A stretch of 64,000 nucleotides of DNA, from the NCBI GenBank assembly GCA_963782525.1, contig CAWAKC010000011.1, positions 99,963-163,962 on the forward strand, in the 5' to 3' direction. The translations under genes and the position numbers were made by a program. The stretch's first letter is position 1, and each line of letters begins with the position of its first letter. The DNA is from Candidatus Bathyarchaeota archaeon. GTDB taxonomy: Archaea; Thermoproteota; Bathyarchaeia; Bathyarchaeales; Bathycorpusculaceae. Positions 9,126-18,240 of the stretch are shown here, in pieces. The notes under the pieces were generated by a model, which made no database searches, was not told the DNA's origin, and saw only the letters and a program-made list of their open reading frames with translations.

Positions 9126-9488
9126 TTACTTTTTAGGGCGTACGCGTTTGGCCTTGCGATTTAATGTTTTTATCGGCTCTAAGATGCATGCTGAGTAAGA
9201 CCCTGGCACAATCAGTTCTATGAACTCAGCGCGTAAAGCTTTTTCTTCCGGTATCTCGCTGAACCCGTTTTCCCAACCTTCAATATTAGCTAAACTTTCA
9301 AAACCCCACAAGGCAGTGAATCCCCCGACTGAACCACCATATTTGTGTCTGAGAACCCGCAGAGACGTTACACCCCTAAAGAAACATGGCTTCTTCTTCA
9401 TCAAGGCAACTAGTTTTTTGCCCCACTCGTTATGCTCATCTAGTTTGTCAGGGTTAACAACGTATGTTCTAGCGAGATAAACAGTCAT
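9126..9488 (-). CDS. Hypothetical protein, probable dimeric alpha/beta-barrel (NIPSNAP-like)
   Basis: TYVVNPDKLDEH and WGFESLANIEGW patterns; GGGGAG Shine-Dalgarno-like site. Confidence 0.65.
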   Translation of the reverse strand: MTVYLARTYVVNPDKLDEHNEWGKKLVALMKKKPCFFRGVTSLRVLRHKYGGSVGGFTALWGFESLANIEGWENGFSEIPEEKALRAEFIELIVPGSYSACILEPIKTLNRKAKRVRPKK

Positions 9489-10137
9489 ATCTGCTCCCCA
9501 AAATATAACGTACTCAGAGGATTAAAAAAATTCCGCATGACACGTTCAAATCACAGCGAACCAAAATACATATTCCTTTTGAAACATATTCTATCATGGT
9601 AAACAATAAAAGAAGTGTATAACAAGATGGAAATCATGAAAAAATCGATAAACGTCACAATTAGAGAAGAACCCCCTAACCCTAAACCAACCCCTGACCC
9701 TCAGCCAAATCCAATCCCAAATCCAATTTAAATGGCTTAATTCTCGCACCTATGGCTTAATGACTCTTCTGTTCGGTATCTCAGGCATTTTGTCAATAAT
9801 GGTTTCGCAAGTCTATTTGCCTACAGGTTCATTGTGTTCTTTGCCACTCTTAGTTTAAGGTTTATTTCTAGTTGTGATTTCAATAGTTTTCTTGTGGAAA
9901 ATTTAATAGGAAAAAGAGGATTTTTCAGTATTAATTAGTGTCTGGGAACGGTAACTACGGCGATGAGAACTCGATTTTTAAAAAGTCTTTTTAGCGCAGA
10001 AAGGAATTGTAGCGTATGCCAGAAGATAACCAGTTATTTACCTATGGTAATATTGGGGAATCATAACTCAAATCAGATGACTATCCTCAGCTTTTCTCTT
10101 GGCAAAGCATATTGGACAGTCACGCCATTTATTGTGC

Positions 10138-10626
10138 ATGGAAAAAACTGAATACACTGAATGGGTTCCAGCAGGTCTTTTAGTTAAAGGCTTATTTGCA
10201 ATGGTTACTGCAATTGTTGTAATTGTCAGTATTGCCGTTTTCTTATTCAGCAATGACCCATTAGTCGAAAATTTATTGGCAATTTCCTTTTCTTGGGGTA
10301 CCTTGGCTTTTTTGCTTTTTATCTACTGGAATTACAGAGGTCTCCGAATACAAATAAAGGATAATACTCTGTTTCTCGACTATGGATTATTCAACAAAAA
10401 ATCCTTTTCATTAAACGAAATCGTTTCCTGCAAAAAAACTAGAGCTTTCGGAAGATACCTTGGTATCGGAGTAAGATATGGTCTAGACCATTCAATGGCC
10501 TATACTACTTCTTTTGCAAACGCTGTGGAGATCATGCATAATGAAGAGAGATTATTTGTTTTTTCATCTAAGTACCCTGAAAAGGTATGTGGAATAATAG
10601 AAGCAATTAAAGGCAAGGGGTCATAG
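10138..10626 (+). CDS. Membrane protein, two TM helices plus PH-like soluble domain
   Basis: Two hydrophobic helices, then GIGVRYG...FVFSSKYPEKV. Confidence 0.7.
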   Translation: MEKTEYTEWVPAGLLVKGLFAMVTAIVVIVSIAVFLFSNDPLVENLLAISFSWGTLAFLLFIYWNYRGLRIQIKDNTLFLDYGLFNKKSFSLNEIVSCKKTRAFGRYLGIGVRYGLDHSMAYTTSFANAVEIMHNEERLFVFSSKYPEKVCGIIEAIKGKGS

Positions 10627-10691
10627 AGTAAATATGCTTAGCGATAAAAGACTATTCATCAATATTTCTTGACGGCGGTTAGTCAAATTTC

Positions 10692-12367
10692 GAGACTGTG
10701 TGAAAAGTCTGCTCTAACTCGTCTATTATGCCGTTAACCTTAAATCTAGACCCTTCGCCCATAACAAACAAGACCAAAATAAGTGAGCAGACAATGAACG
10801 ATGAAACCGACAGCTATGTAGAAGGCTTATCCAGAAACCAAACGTTCCTACTGCCCAAAACCATAGAAGAATACGTAGAACCAGACAACCCAGTCAGATT
10901 CATAGACGCCTACGTAAACACGCTGGACATGGAAAAGTTAGGCTTCACCCACTCAACACCACAAGACCTTGGAAGACCATCATACAACCCAAAAGATCTC
11001 TGTAAACTCTATCTCTACGGAGGCCTAAACCACATCCGATCAAGCAGAAAGCTAGAACGAGAATGCAAAACAAACCTTGAGGCAATGTGGCTGCTCAAAG
11101 GCTTAGCACCCGATTTTAAAACCATAGCGGATTTTAGAAAAGACAACCCAGCAGCCATATGCGCCTTGTTCAAAGATTTTGTAGCTTTCTTAAAAGATCT
11201 CAGTCTCTATGGAGCAAAACAAGTAACCGTAGATGGCACCAAACTTCGGGCCGTCAACTCCAATGATAAAGCCTTTACCCAACGAGCGCTTGCAAAGAGA
11301 ATAAAGGTCATGGAAAAATCAGTAAAACACTACCTAGACGAGTTAGATGCTGCAGATGAGCAGGAAGCATCTGACGAGCAACAAGCAAGTAGCGAGTCAG
11401 GTGAAGTGGCGAAGGCTTTTATGGTAGACAAATTGGCTGCGTTGCTTGAGAAAAAAGAAAAGAGCCAAGAAATCCTTGGTAAAATAGAAAAGAGTGGTCA
11501 AAAGGAAGTTGCTCTAACTGATCTGGATTGTCGGCAGATGATGAATCATGGCAGAGTTGAATCCTGCTATAACATGCAGGCAGCAGTGGATTCAAAAAAC
11601 CATCTCATCGTCAACTACCTGGTGACTAACGAAGCTTCAGACCTAAATCAGCTCAGCGGAGTAGCTATAAGCGCAAAAGAAACACTAGGAGTAGAGCAGA
11701 TTGATTGTATTTCTGATAAAGGTTATTTTGACTTCATGCAGATTAAGCAATGTGTCGACAGTGGGGTTACGCCTTATGTTGCAGTGAAGAGATCTGGAAG
11801 CGGTGGCGGTCTTGTGTCTCCGGAGTTTACTGCTGACAAATTCCGTTATGATAAGAGTGCTGATGTGTATGTTTGTCCAGCTGGGCGGCGTCTTTTGTTT
11901 TATTGTTTGAGCGTTCGTGAAGGGATTGAGATGCGTATTTACAGATGCCAGAAAGGTGTTTGCTCTTCATGCCAATTTTTTATGACTAAGTGCACAGGCA
12001 ATAAGGTAGGTCGGGTAATTTGGCGGTGGGTGCACGAAGAAGTTGTCGATGATATGAGAAAGCGGATGAAATTGCATCCAGAGATTATGGGTGAACGCAA
12101 AAAAGTGATTGAGCATACGTTTGGAACTTTGAAGAGAGCGTTTGGTGCTCCATATTTGCTGCTTAAAGGTCTTCGCAAGGTTAGTGGGGAGGTTGGGTTG
12201 CTTTTGTTTTCTTATAATTTGAGGAGAGCTCTAAACATTCTTGGGGTTGAAGCTCTAATCCAAGCGCTTGTTAAAAAATAAAGAATAAGAGAAAGTAAAA
12301 TCTCAAAAAGTATTAAGTACTTTTTCAAGTTAACAACTGGCCGCTGCGCTATTTTTTACACGGTCTC
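10692..12367 (+). mobile_element. Complete IS1182-family insertion sequence
   Basis: Imperfect 17-bp TIRs GAGACTGTGTGAAAAGT (10692) and GAGACCGTGTAAAAAAT (reverse complement, ending 12367); 4-bp target duplication TTTC at 10688-10691 and 12368-12371. Confidence 0.93.
10794..12281 (+). CDS. IS1182-family DDE transposase
   Basis: GRPSYNP, SSRKLE, PDFKTIADFR, VDGTK, DKGY, YVCPAG and IEHTFGTLK motifs; intact ORF. Confidence 0.95.
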   Translation: MNDETDSYVEGLSRNQTFLLPKTIEEYVEPDNPVRFIDAYVNTLDMEKLGFTHSTPQDLGRPSYNPKDLCKLYLYGGLNHIRSSRKLERECKTNLEAMWLLKGLAPDFKTIADFRKDNPAAICALFKDFVAFLKDLSLYGAKQVTVDGTKLRAVNSNDKAFTQRALAKRIKVMEKSVKHYLDELDAADEQEASDEQQASSESGEVAKAFMVDKLAALLEKKEKSQEILGKIEKSGQKEVALTDLDCRQMMNHGRVESCYNMQAAVDSKNHLIVNYLVTNEASDLNQLSGVAISAKETLGVEQIDCISDKGYFDFMQIKQCVDSGVTPYVAVKRSGSGGGLVSPEFTADKFRYDKSADVYVCPAGRRLLFYCLSVREGIEMRIYRCQKGVCSSCQFFMTKCTGNKVGRVIWRWVHEEVVDDMRKRMKLHPEIMGERKKVIEHTFGTLKRAFGAPYLLLKGLRKVSGEVGLLLFSYNLRRALNILGVEALIQALVKK

Positions 12368-12389
12368 TTTCTTTAACTAAAAAACCAAA

Positions 12390-12505
12390 CTCAATCTTAT
12401 AAGCCAGTTTTGCAACTGGGGGATCGGTAATACCTATGCAAGCCACTCCTTTGAAGTCTAAGCGGGTAGGGAATCGTACTTCAACTCAAAAGCCCATCCC
12501 CAGCT
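12390..12505 (+). repeat. 116-bp direct repeat B2 ending in the tRNA-Cys 3' end
   Basis: Copy of 7298-7414; followed by CCA and, about 12 nt later, long T tracts. Confidence 0.95.
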
Positions 12506-13061
12506 CCAGGGTTGGACTTTTTTATTTTTTCAAAATGTGAAGGTAAAAAACAATACTTTTGCTCGTAGCTAAGGTATCTGAAGTTCTTGAAAACAAACTA
12601 TTACCGACAAAACAAACCATAAGGCAATAGAGGTGCTATACTGTAACAGTCCCATGCAACCCCAACTTTAACCGCAACATGCTTTCCCATCTTCATCCCA
12701 TCCACACCAACATGGCGCTGCATAGGATTGCGATTAAAAATTCCACTCCACCCATCCCAACAGCAACCGGAAAACAGCCCAAACCAAAAAACCAAACGTA
12801 TCCAAGCTAGAGGATGGGATGGGGAAACTCCGAACCCACCCATCCCCACAAAAAGAAAAAACTGAAAGCTCATTTGAAGAAAAATCCTTTAGCTGATGAA
12901 TGGCTGTAGTTAGGTAAGAACATAAGATAGGCAACAAACCCTATTTCTGAAAAAACTAATACGAGCGCAAAGCTGGAAGTTCTACTTCACGGCAATTTCG
13001 TGGCCAATTTGTACATTGAAATTCTCTAAACCATTATATACGTAATTAACGGCTAAGAAGC

Positions 13062-13289
13062 TTGGTGGGCGTACTCTTGGAAAGAGATCAAGCTGTGGCT
13101 TTGCTGAAGGAGATCATGACTCATGACTTGGCGCAGCCGACAGCCGTTTATGTTAGAGAAAATAAGGGCAAGTTTGAACTGGTTCTGAAGGATGAGTGTA
13201 GGTCTCCTTTACAAAATTTTATTGCAGAAAAAGGTCTAAAGTGGCGCATAAATAAGGAAATGGGCGTTTGCATTATCTATAAACCATGA
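13062..13289 (+). CDS. Small hypothetical protein
   Basis: 75-aa ORF; TATA-like ATTATATA upstream. Confidence 0.65.
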   Translation: MVGVLLERDQAVALLKEIMTHDLAQPTAVYVRENKGKFELVLKDECRSPLQNFIAEKGLKWRINKEMGVCIIYKP

Positions 13290-13520
13290 CGCATCTGGTA
13301 AACCCATCCCAACCCTAATGCATTGAAAGAGCAAAAACCCTTCAAAAATTGAAGGGCACAGGATAAAACAACCTAAAAATCATTTTTTGTATTTTATTTT
13401 CTTGTGATGAGATGAAACCTGACAGACCTTTCCTAGTAACCTCATAATCGGCGGAAGACCTCTGAAAGCCAAATAAGAAAGATTTTTAGTTATAAGCGGC
13501 TTCTTTTAAGTGGTGAATGC

Positions 13521-14102
13521 ATGAGCCAACCTGTTAATCTTCTCGAAGCAAACGACTTTATTATGAAAAAGAAAATTCTCTCTCTGCGAGAACATTACGA
13601 CTTTGAAGACTTAACAGGAACAAAAATAGGAGAAGCCGAAGGTAACCTCTTTCAGGTTCCAGCTAAATTCAACGTTAACGATACCCACGGGTTAGAGTTG
13701 ATGCGTTTAGAAGGAAAAGTACTCTCACTCCGAAAACAATTCACTTTCCATGGTGCATCTGGAGAAGAACTGGGAACCATAAAAAAGAAAATAGTCAAGT
13801 TGATTGGGGAAGAATTCTGGGTGGAAAAAGACGGCGTCGAGTTCATGCGCATCTATGGAAACTTTACCGAGCACCACTATCAAATGGAGGTTAAAGGCGT
13901 TCAAGTTGCTTCTATCCACAAGAAATGGGTAACGGTCAGAGACACGCTTGGGGTCTCCATAACAGGAAACGTCGATCATCGAGTAATTATCGGTGCAGTA
14001 ATCGTGATAGAACACATAGAAGTCACAGAGAAAAACTCAAGCAACTCCGGCAACTTCGGCGGTCGCTTCGGGAACACGGGATCTGGCTTTCCACAATACT
14101 AA
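13521..14102 (+). CDS. LURP-one/Tubby-C2 (scramblase-like) family protein
   Basis: MKKKILSLREHY, VASIHKKWVTVRDT and AVIVIE motifs; GGTGA Shine-Dalgarno site. Confidence 0.85.
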   Translation: MSQPVNLLEANDFIMKKKILSLREHYDFEDLTGTKIGEAEGNLFQVPAKFNVNDTHGLELMRLEGKVLSLRKQFTFHGASGEELGTIKKKIVKLIGEEFWVEKDGVEFMRIYGNFTEHHYQMEVKGVQVASIHKKWVTVRDTLGVSITGNVDHRVIIGAVIVIEHIEVTEKNSSNSGNFGGRFGNTGSGFPQY

Positions 14103-14283
14103 AAAATTTTTAAAAGTCAAAATTTCCAGCTTGACGCCATTGAATTCCTTGGTGGGGCGAGACAAGTAAGAAAGAATGTAAAAATTAGTATTGAGTTCGT
14201 TTTACACTCACCCAGAAATCAAGCGACAATTGGATTGTCTTTTTCTTTATTATAAAAAATAAGGGAAAGTGCGCTCTACGCTT

Positions 14284-14979
14284 TTACCTTAGCCTTTTGT
14301 CGCAGTATGGACAGATGTTTTGGTCGTTTCTCACGGCTCTTTTGCAGTGAGGGCAAATCTTCGTATAAGGGGCCGGTCGGCTGTAACTTGAGGGCTGGGT
14401 AGAACGCGAGGTCACAGTTGGACTTGAGGATTGCGGACGATAACTGGAACTTGGCGGTTGACCATATCGCGTGGGTCCGGTCGATTTTGGTGGCTGTTGA
14501 CTTTGGTATGAAGATTGATTATACCGAGAAGATACCGCAGACCTATTTGATGCGCCAGGCAATTCTTGTGTGTTAATCGGCTGTTCTTCATCAAGCAGCA
14601 TTTTTCCCTTGCCACGTCTTAAATAAAAGAATGCCGCAGGAACTGCGAACGCTACTAATGCTATTACAACTAAGCCGATTGCAAGAGGAGACCAAAATCC
14701 GCTGCCTGCAACTGTTGGGCTCTTGGTTGGGTTATTTGTAGAAAAATTCCATGGGAACTCCGTTGGGGAAGGTGAAGGTGAAGAAGGAGCCGATTGAGTC
14801 GGAGTAGCGAAAGGGGTAGGGGTTGGTGTTGAGGGTGACAAAGTCGGAATACGCGGATAACCTTGAGCGTTTGTTACTGGCGCTAATGTTATCGTTGAAG
14901 TTATTATGCTCAGAACTAATACTGCAAGAGTTATTTTTACTAAATATTTCTTCAAACCCACAGGAGACTTTTCCAACAT
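14284..14979 (-). CDS. Membrane protein with Pro/Ser/Thr-rich regions and C-terminal zinc ribbon
   Basis: Signal-like helix, PT-rich linker, TM helix, CPHC...CPYC. Confidence 0.75.
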   Translation of the reverse strand: MLEKSPVGLKKYLVKITLAVLVLSIITSTITLAPVTNAQGYPRIPTLSPSTPTPTPFATPTQSAPSSPSPSPTEFPWNFSTNNPTKSPTVAGSGFWSPLAIGLVVIALVAFAVPAAFFYLRRGKGKMLLDEEQPINTQELPGASNRSAVSSRYNQSSYQSQQPPKSTGPTRYGQPPSSSYRPQSSSPTVTSRSTQPSSYSRPAPYTKICPHCKRAVRNDQNICPYCDKRLR

Positions 14980-15488
14980 AACCTCTCTCCCACAATACCT
15001 ATGACTCTCTTGCAGATTTAACACTTTGCCAAAAACAAGACGCGGTGGCTCCGAAATTGTTCAATCTTTTTGTGCGAGCTGTTGGGCTTTGCTTTGGGAA
15101 GTTGCGTTTTATCCTTTCCGTTAACTTTTAAAAACTTGCATAAAGCCCATTAAAAACGTCTCTAATTAGCGACATAGAAGAGAAGTTGTTGTTGTTGTTG
15201 TTGTTGCAACTGCATTTTGCAGACCGATTGCAACAACAATCAAAGACAAACCCAAATTGCAACGCTAATTCCTTAAGCAAAGATGACAAAACCGTAACCA
15301 CAACAAACCCAGAGAAGATGCTGCTGCTGATGCTGCTGCAAACCAATTCACCCCAGCTGTTGCAACAATCAAACCATCTTTAACAAACCCAAATCAGAAC
15401 GGCTAATTCACTTTTGGGGGCTCTTAACATAAAACTTTCCGCAAACCAAATAAGTTCAACTTGCCAAAGAAACGAGCGGTTGAAGGAT

Positions 15489-15986
15489 ATGCCACAGTTT
15501 AATGTTAACCCAAGCCGAATTGATCCATACAAGAAATTCAAATTCCTAATCAAATGGGACAATAAAGTCGTTGCAGGCGTCTCAAAGATGAGTCCACTAA
15601 AACGTACCACAGACGTTATCTTGCACCGCGAAGGCGGAGACGCAAACGTCGAGCGGAAATCGCCTGGCAAAACCCACTACGACTCCATCACTTTGGAGAG
15701 AGGCGTAACGCACGACCCAGAATTTGAAGCTTGGGCAAATTTGGTTTTTAATAAGAATAGCGGGTCGATGTCTCTTAAGAACTTCCGCAAAGACATCGTC
15801 ATAGAACTACTCAACGAAGCTGGAGTTCCCGCGATTGCCTACAAGGTTTATCGATGCTGGGTCTCAGAGTACACTGCCTTGCCCGAGCTGGATGCGGGCG
15901 AAAACGCTGTTGCCATTCAAAGCATAACTATTGAGCATGAAGGCTGGGAAAGAGACCCAGGCGTAGTTGAACCCAAAGAAACATAA
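15489..15986 (+). CDS. Phage T4 gp19-like tail tube protein (eCIS Afp1/Afp5 type)
   Basis: DPYKKFKF, REGG...KSPG, ITLERGVT, FRKDIVIELLNE, WVSEY...LDA and HEGWERD motifs. Confidence 0.92.
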   Translation: MPQFNVNPSRIDPYKKFKFLIKWDNKVVAGVSKMSPLKRTTDVILHREGGDANVERKSPGKTHYDSITLERGVTHDPEFEAWANLVFNKNSGSMSLKNFRKDIVIELLNEAGVPAIAYKVYRCWVSEYTALPELDAGENAVAIQSITIEHEGWERDPGVVEPKET

Positions 15987-16006
15987 ATGCCTGGTAGGAT
16001 GCACAT

Positions 16007-16684
16007 TTGCCAAGCCAACCCAGCATAAACAGAGGAACCCTAATCCTGCTTGCCCCAAACGCCAAAGACGCAAACATCTCCGTCACAAACGTGTTTTTCA
16101 CTTTCCAGTACAACCCAGAAAAACTGTTACACACATTCAACCAAAACACGCCCAACGCAGCCGCAAACCCATCCGCCAACGTACAAGGCGTCCCAACAGA
16201 ATATTTCAACCTAACATTCGAACTCGACAGCGTCGACTTAGACTCATCTTCGCAAAGTCAGAGTTCAGCAGGTCTAGGCTTGCACCCAGGGTTGGCTATG
16301 CTGGAGCTGATGATGCAGCCGCAGGTAGTAGGAAAACAAACTTTTTTGCCCATCGTTGTGTTTAAGTGGGGAGCAAAACGGTCCGTAGCAGTTCGCTTGG
16401 TGGGCATGAGTGTTGAAGAAAAATCTTTTGATATGACATTGAATCCTACGAGGGCAACCGTTAGCTTATCTCTAAGAGTTCTTGACGCCTCAGAAGTCAA
16501 CAATAATCCAGGTGCTCGCAACGTCTATTCGAGCCATCAGAATACGCAGGCAAGTTTAGTGGATGCTTACAAACTGCAAACGGGGCAAGGTATCGGTATA
16601 GGTGCCAGCGGCGCAGCAGGTCTCTCAGGGTCAGCGGCGATGGCTGCTTCGGCAGGCCAAAATAACCAAAAAGTAACGGTTTGA
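16007..16684 (+). CDS. eCIS tube-initiator-like protein (Afp7/gp48-gp54 type)
   Basis: FQYNPEKL, FKWG and EEKSFDMTLNPTRATVSLSLRVL motifs; adjacent to the tube gene. Confidence 0.75.
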   Translation: MPSQPSINRGTLILLAPNAKDANISVTNVFFTFQYNPEKLLHTFNQNTPNAAANPSANVQGVPTEYFNLTFELDSVDLDSSSQSQSSAGLGLHPGLAMLELMMQPQVVGKQTFLPIVVFKWGAKRSVAVRLVGMSVEEKSFDMTLNPTRATVSLSLRVLDASEVNNNPGARNVYSSHQNTQASLVDAYKLQTGQGIGIGASGAAGLSGSAAMAASAGQNNQKVTV

Positions 16685-16884
16685 GAGAACATTTTCTTTA
16701 CAAATTCATAATAGTTAAGAACAAATCTCAACCACTTTTAAATTTAACTATTTCACTTATTTTATTAAGCTGGTGTATATTGGAGAAAAAACGGGAAAAA
16801 ACCGAAAAAAGAGAAGAACTTTACTTTTTCGTACATGTATGAACTGTACGTTTTTTTAATGCCAAAATCCCCCGGTAATTGTCA

Positions 16885-18093
16885 CTAGAAACTCACAAAA
16901 TTGAACCCAATTATCGACACAACGCCCCATAAATTAACCGAGATGCTTAGAATAATCAGGGCTTTTTCTTCCCAACCAAGATTTTCCCTCATGCCCTTTG
17001 CAACGAGCAACATTAGAAAGGGTGTGAAGTCGAGGCTGAATCGATAGCCAAACTGGGTAAAGCCAACGGTACCATGGGTGATTAAGATGGGCAGAATGCA
17101 TGCAACAGCTAAAGCAGCGTATTTGCTTAGGCGGTTCCAGGGTCCCTTGAAGATGTAAATGAAGGCAGGTGTGGTAAAGAATAATCCTAGTCCAATCCAG
17201 TTGGGTTCAAAATATGGGAATTTGCTGAGGAGTATTGGTCCTTGGAAGAGGATGGCGTAGATGTGGCGGGGGATGTAGCTTAAGCTGAAGATGCCGTTTG
17301 TGAAGTAGGGGTCTTGCTGGATGCCGGGGATGAGGTTATAGCCCAAATCTGAGAAGACGCCCCAGCGGCCAAAATTGTACATTTCATACAGGCCGACCAA
17401 TATGCCTAAACCTACCGCAAAATAGGCAGCCTGCTTTAACCTGGGTTTCCAAGTGCTGTTCTGCTCATAAATTAGAAGCAGAAAGAACGGGAAAGAGAGG
17501 ACAACTGGCAGTCGTGAAAGGAACGCACACCCCAACAGTACTCCGATGAGAAACGGGTTTTTCTTGGAGAGGGCAAGAATTATGGCTAAGGTGAGGAAAA
17601 GCACGGCGACAACATGCTCGATGTACCAAGCTGAACCGACAGATGCAATGAACCAAAAACAAGTTCCGAAGCCAAAAAGAGCCGTCAGCCACAGCGCCTT
17701 GTTACCATTTACACCAGTTTTCTTCAGCATAAACCATGTCGCTGCGACACAGATGCATGCCAAAAATACAGACATTAATCCCTGATCAAAGCCAGTTCCA
17801 AAAATTGCTACGAATGGCAAGAGAAGAACTGCAGGCATTGGAGGATAAACAACGTAGTAGTTGCCGTTGAATGGGACGATTTCAGCAAGCGATGTTCCTC
17901 CATCTGTCACTCCTAATCTGCCATGGAGGAATGCGTCAGCTAAATAAACAAAGTGGTTTTGTCCAGGCGGTGGACCTTTGGAGAGCAAGAAAACAATCAG
18001 GGATATGAGCGCTATGATGATGAGTTTGTAGCGAAGCCTTAAAGAAGCAACATCTTGGTACACTTGCTTCAGCGTCTCGATGGTTTTGCTCAT
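16885..18093 (-). CDS. Polytopic membrane protein, GT-C-like glycosyltransferase
   Basis: LADAFLHGRL, YYVVYPPMPA and GYRFSLDFTP motifs; about 10 TM helices. Confidence 0.7.
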   Translation of the reverse strand: MSKTIETLKQVYQDVASLRLRYKLIIIALISLIVFLLSKGPPPGQNHFVYLADAFLHGRLGVTDGGTSLAEIVPFNGNYYVVYPPMPAVLLLPFVAIFGTGFDQGLMSVFLACICVAATWFMLKKTGVNGNKALWLTALFGFGTCFWFIASVGSAWYIEHVVAVLFLTLAIILALSKKNPFLIGVLLGCAFLSRLPVVLSFPFFLLLIYEQNSTWKPRLKQAAYFAVGLGILVGLYEMYNFGRWGVFSDLGYNLIPGIQQDPYFTNGIFSLSYIPRHIYAILFQGPILLSKFPYFEPNWIGLGLFFTTPAFIYIFKGPWNRLSKYAALAVACILPILITHGTVGFTQFGYRFSLDFTPFLMLLVAKGMRENLGWEEKALIILSISVNLWGVVSIIGFNFVSF

Positions 18094-18240
18094 TGTTTAC
18101 CGTCTGGATTTTTGAATTGTGAGGAAATCGGATTTAAGGCTTTAGTTTAAAAAGAGTAATAGATGAATTTTTAAAGGAAAGCATAGGTGAAAAATTTTGT
18201 TGGGCGCAGATTTGCTTTGCGTCCATTTCTTTGGGGGAAA

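Larger units (their letters stand above)
5446..12505. mobile_element. Decayed tandem integrative island at tRNA-Cys (two units, 5446-7414 and 7415-12505; may extend further)
   Basis: Integrase remnant next to the tRNA; the tRNA 3' 13-mer CCCATCCCCAGCT recurs in the same orientation at 7402-7414 and 12493-12505; cargo is small hypotheticals, pseudogenes and an IS. Confidence 0.7.

Noticed and set aside
15128-15390. GTT and GCT triplet runs and the ORFs 15128-15346 and 15186-15383
   Set aside because: Low-complexity frames without a credible product. A minus-strand stretch LIVVAIGLQNAVATTTTTTT hints at a decayed DUF1275-like membrane gene, but the evidence is too weak to annotate.
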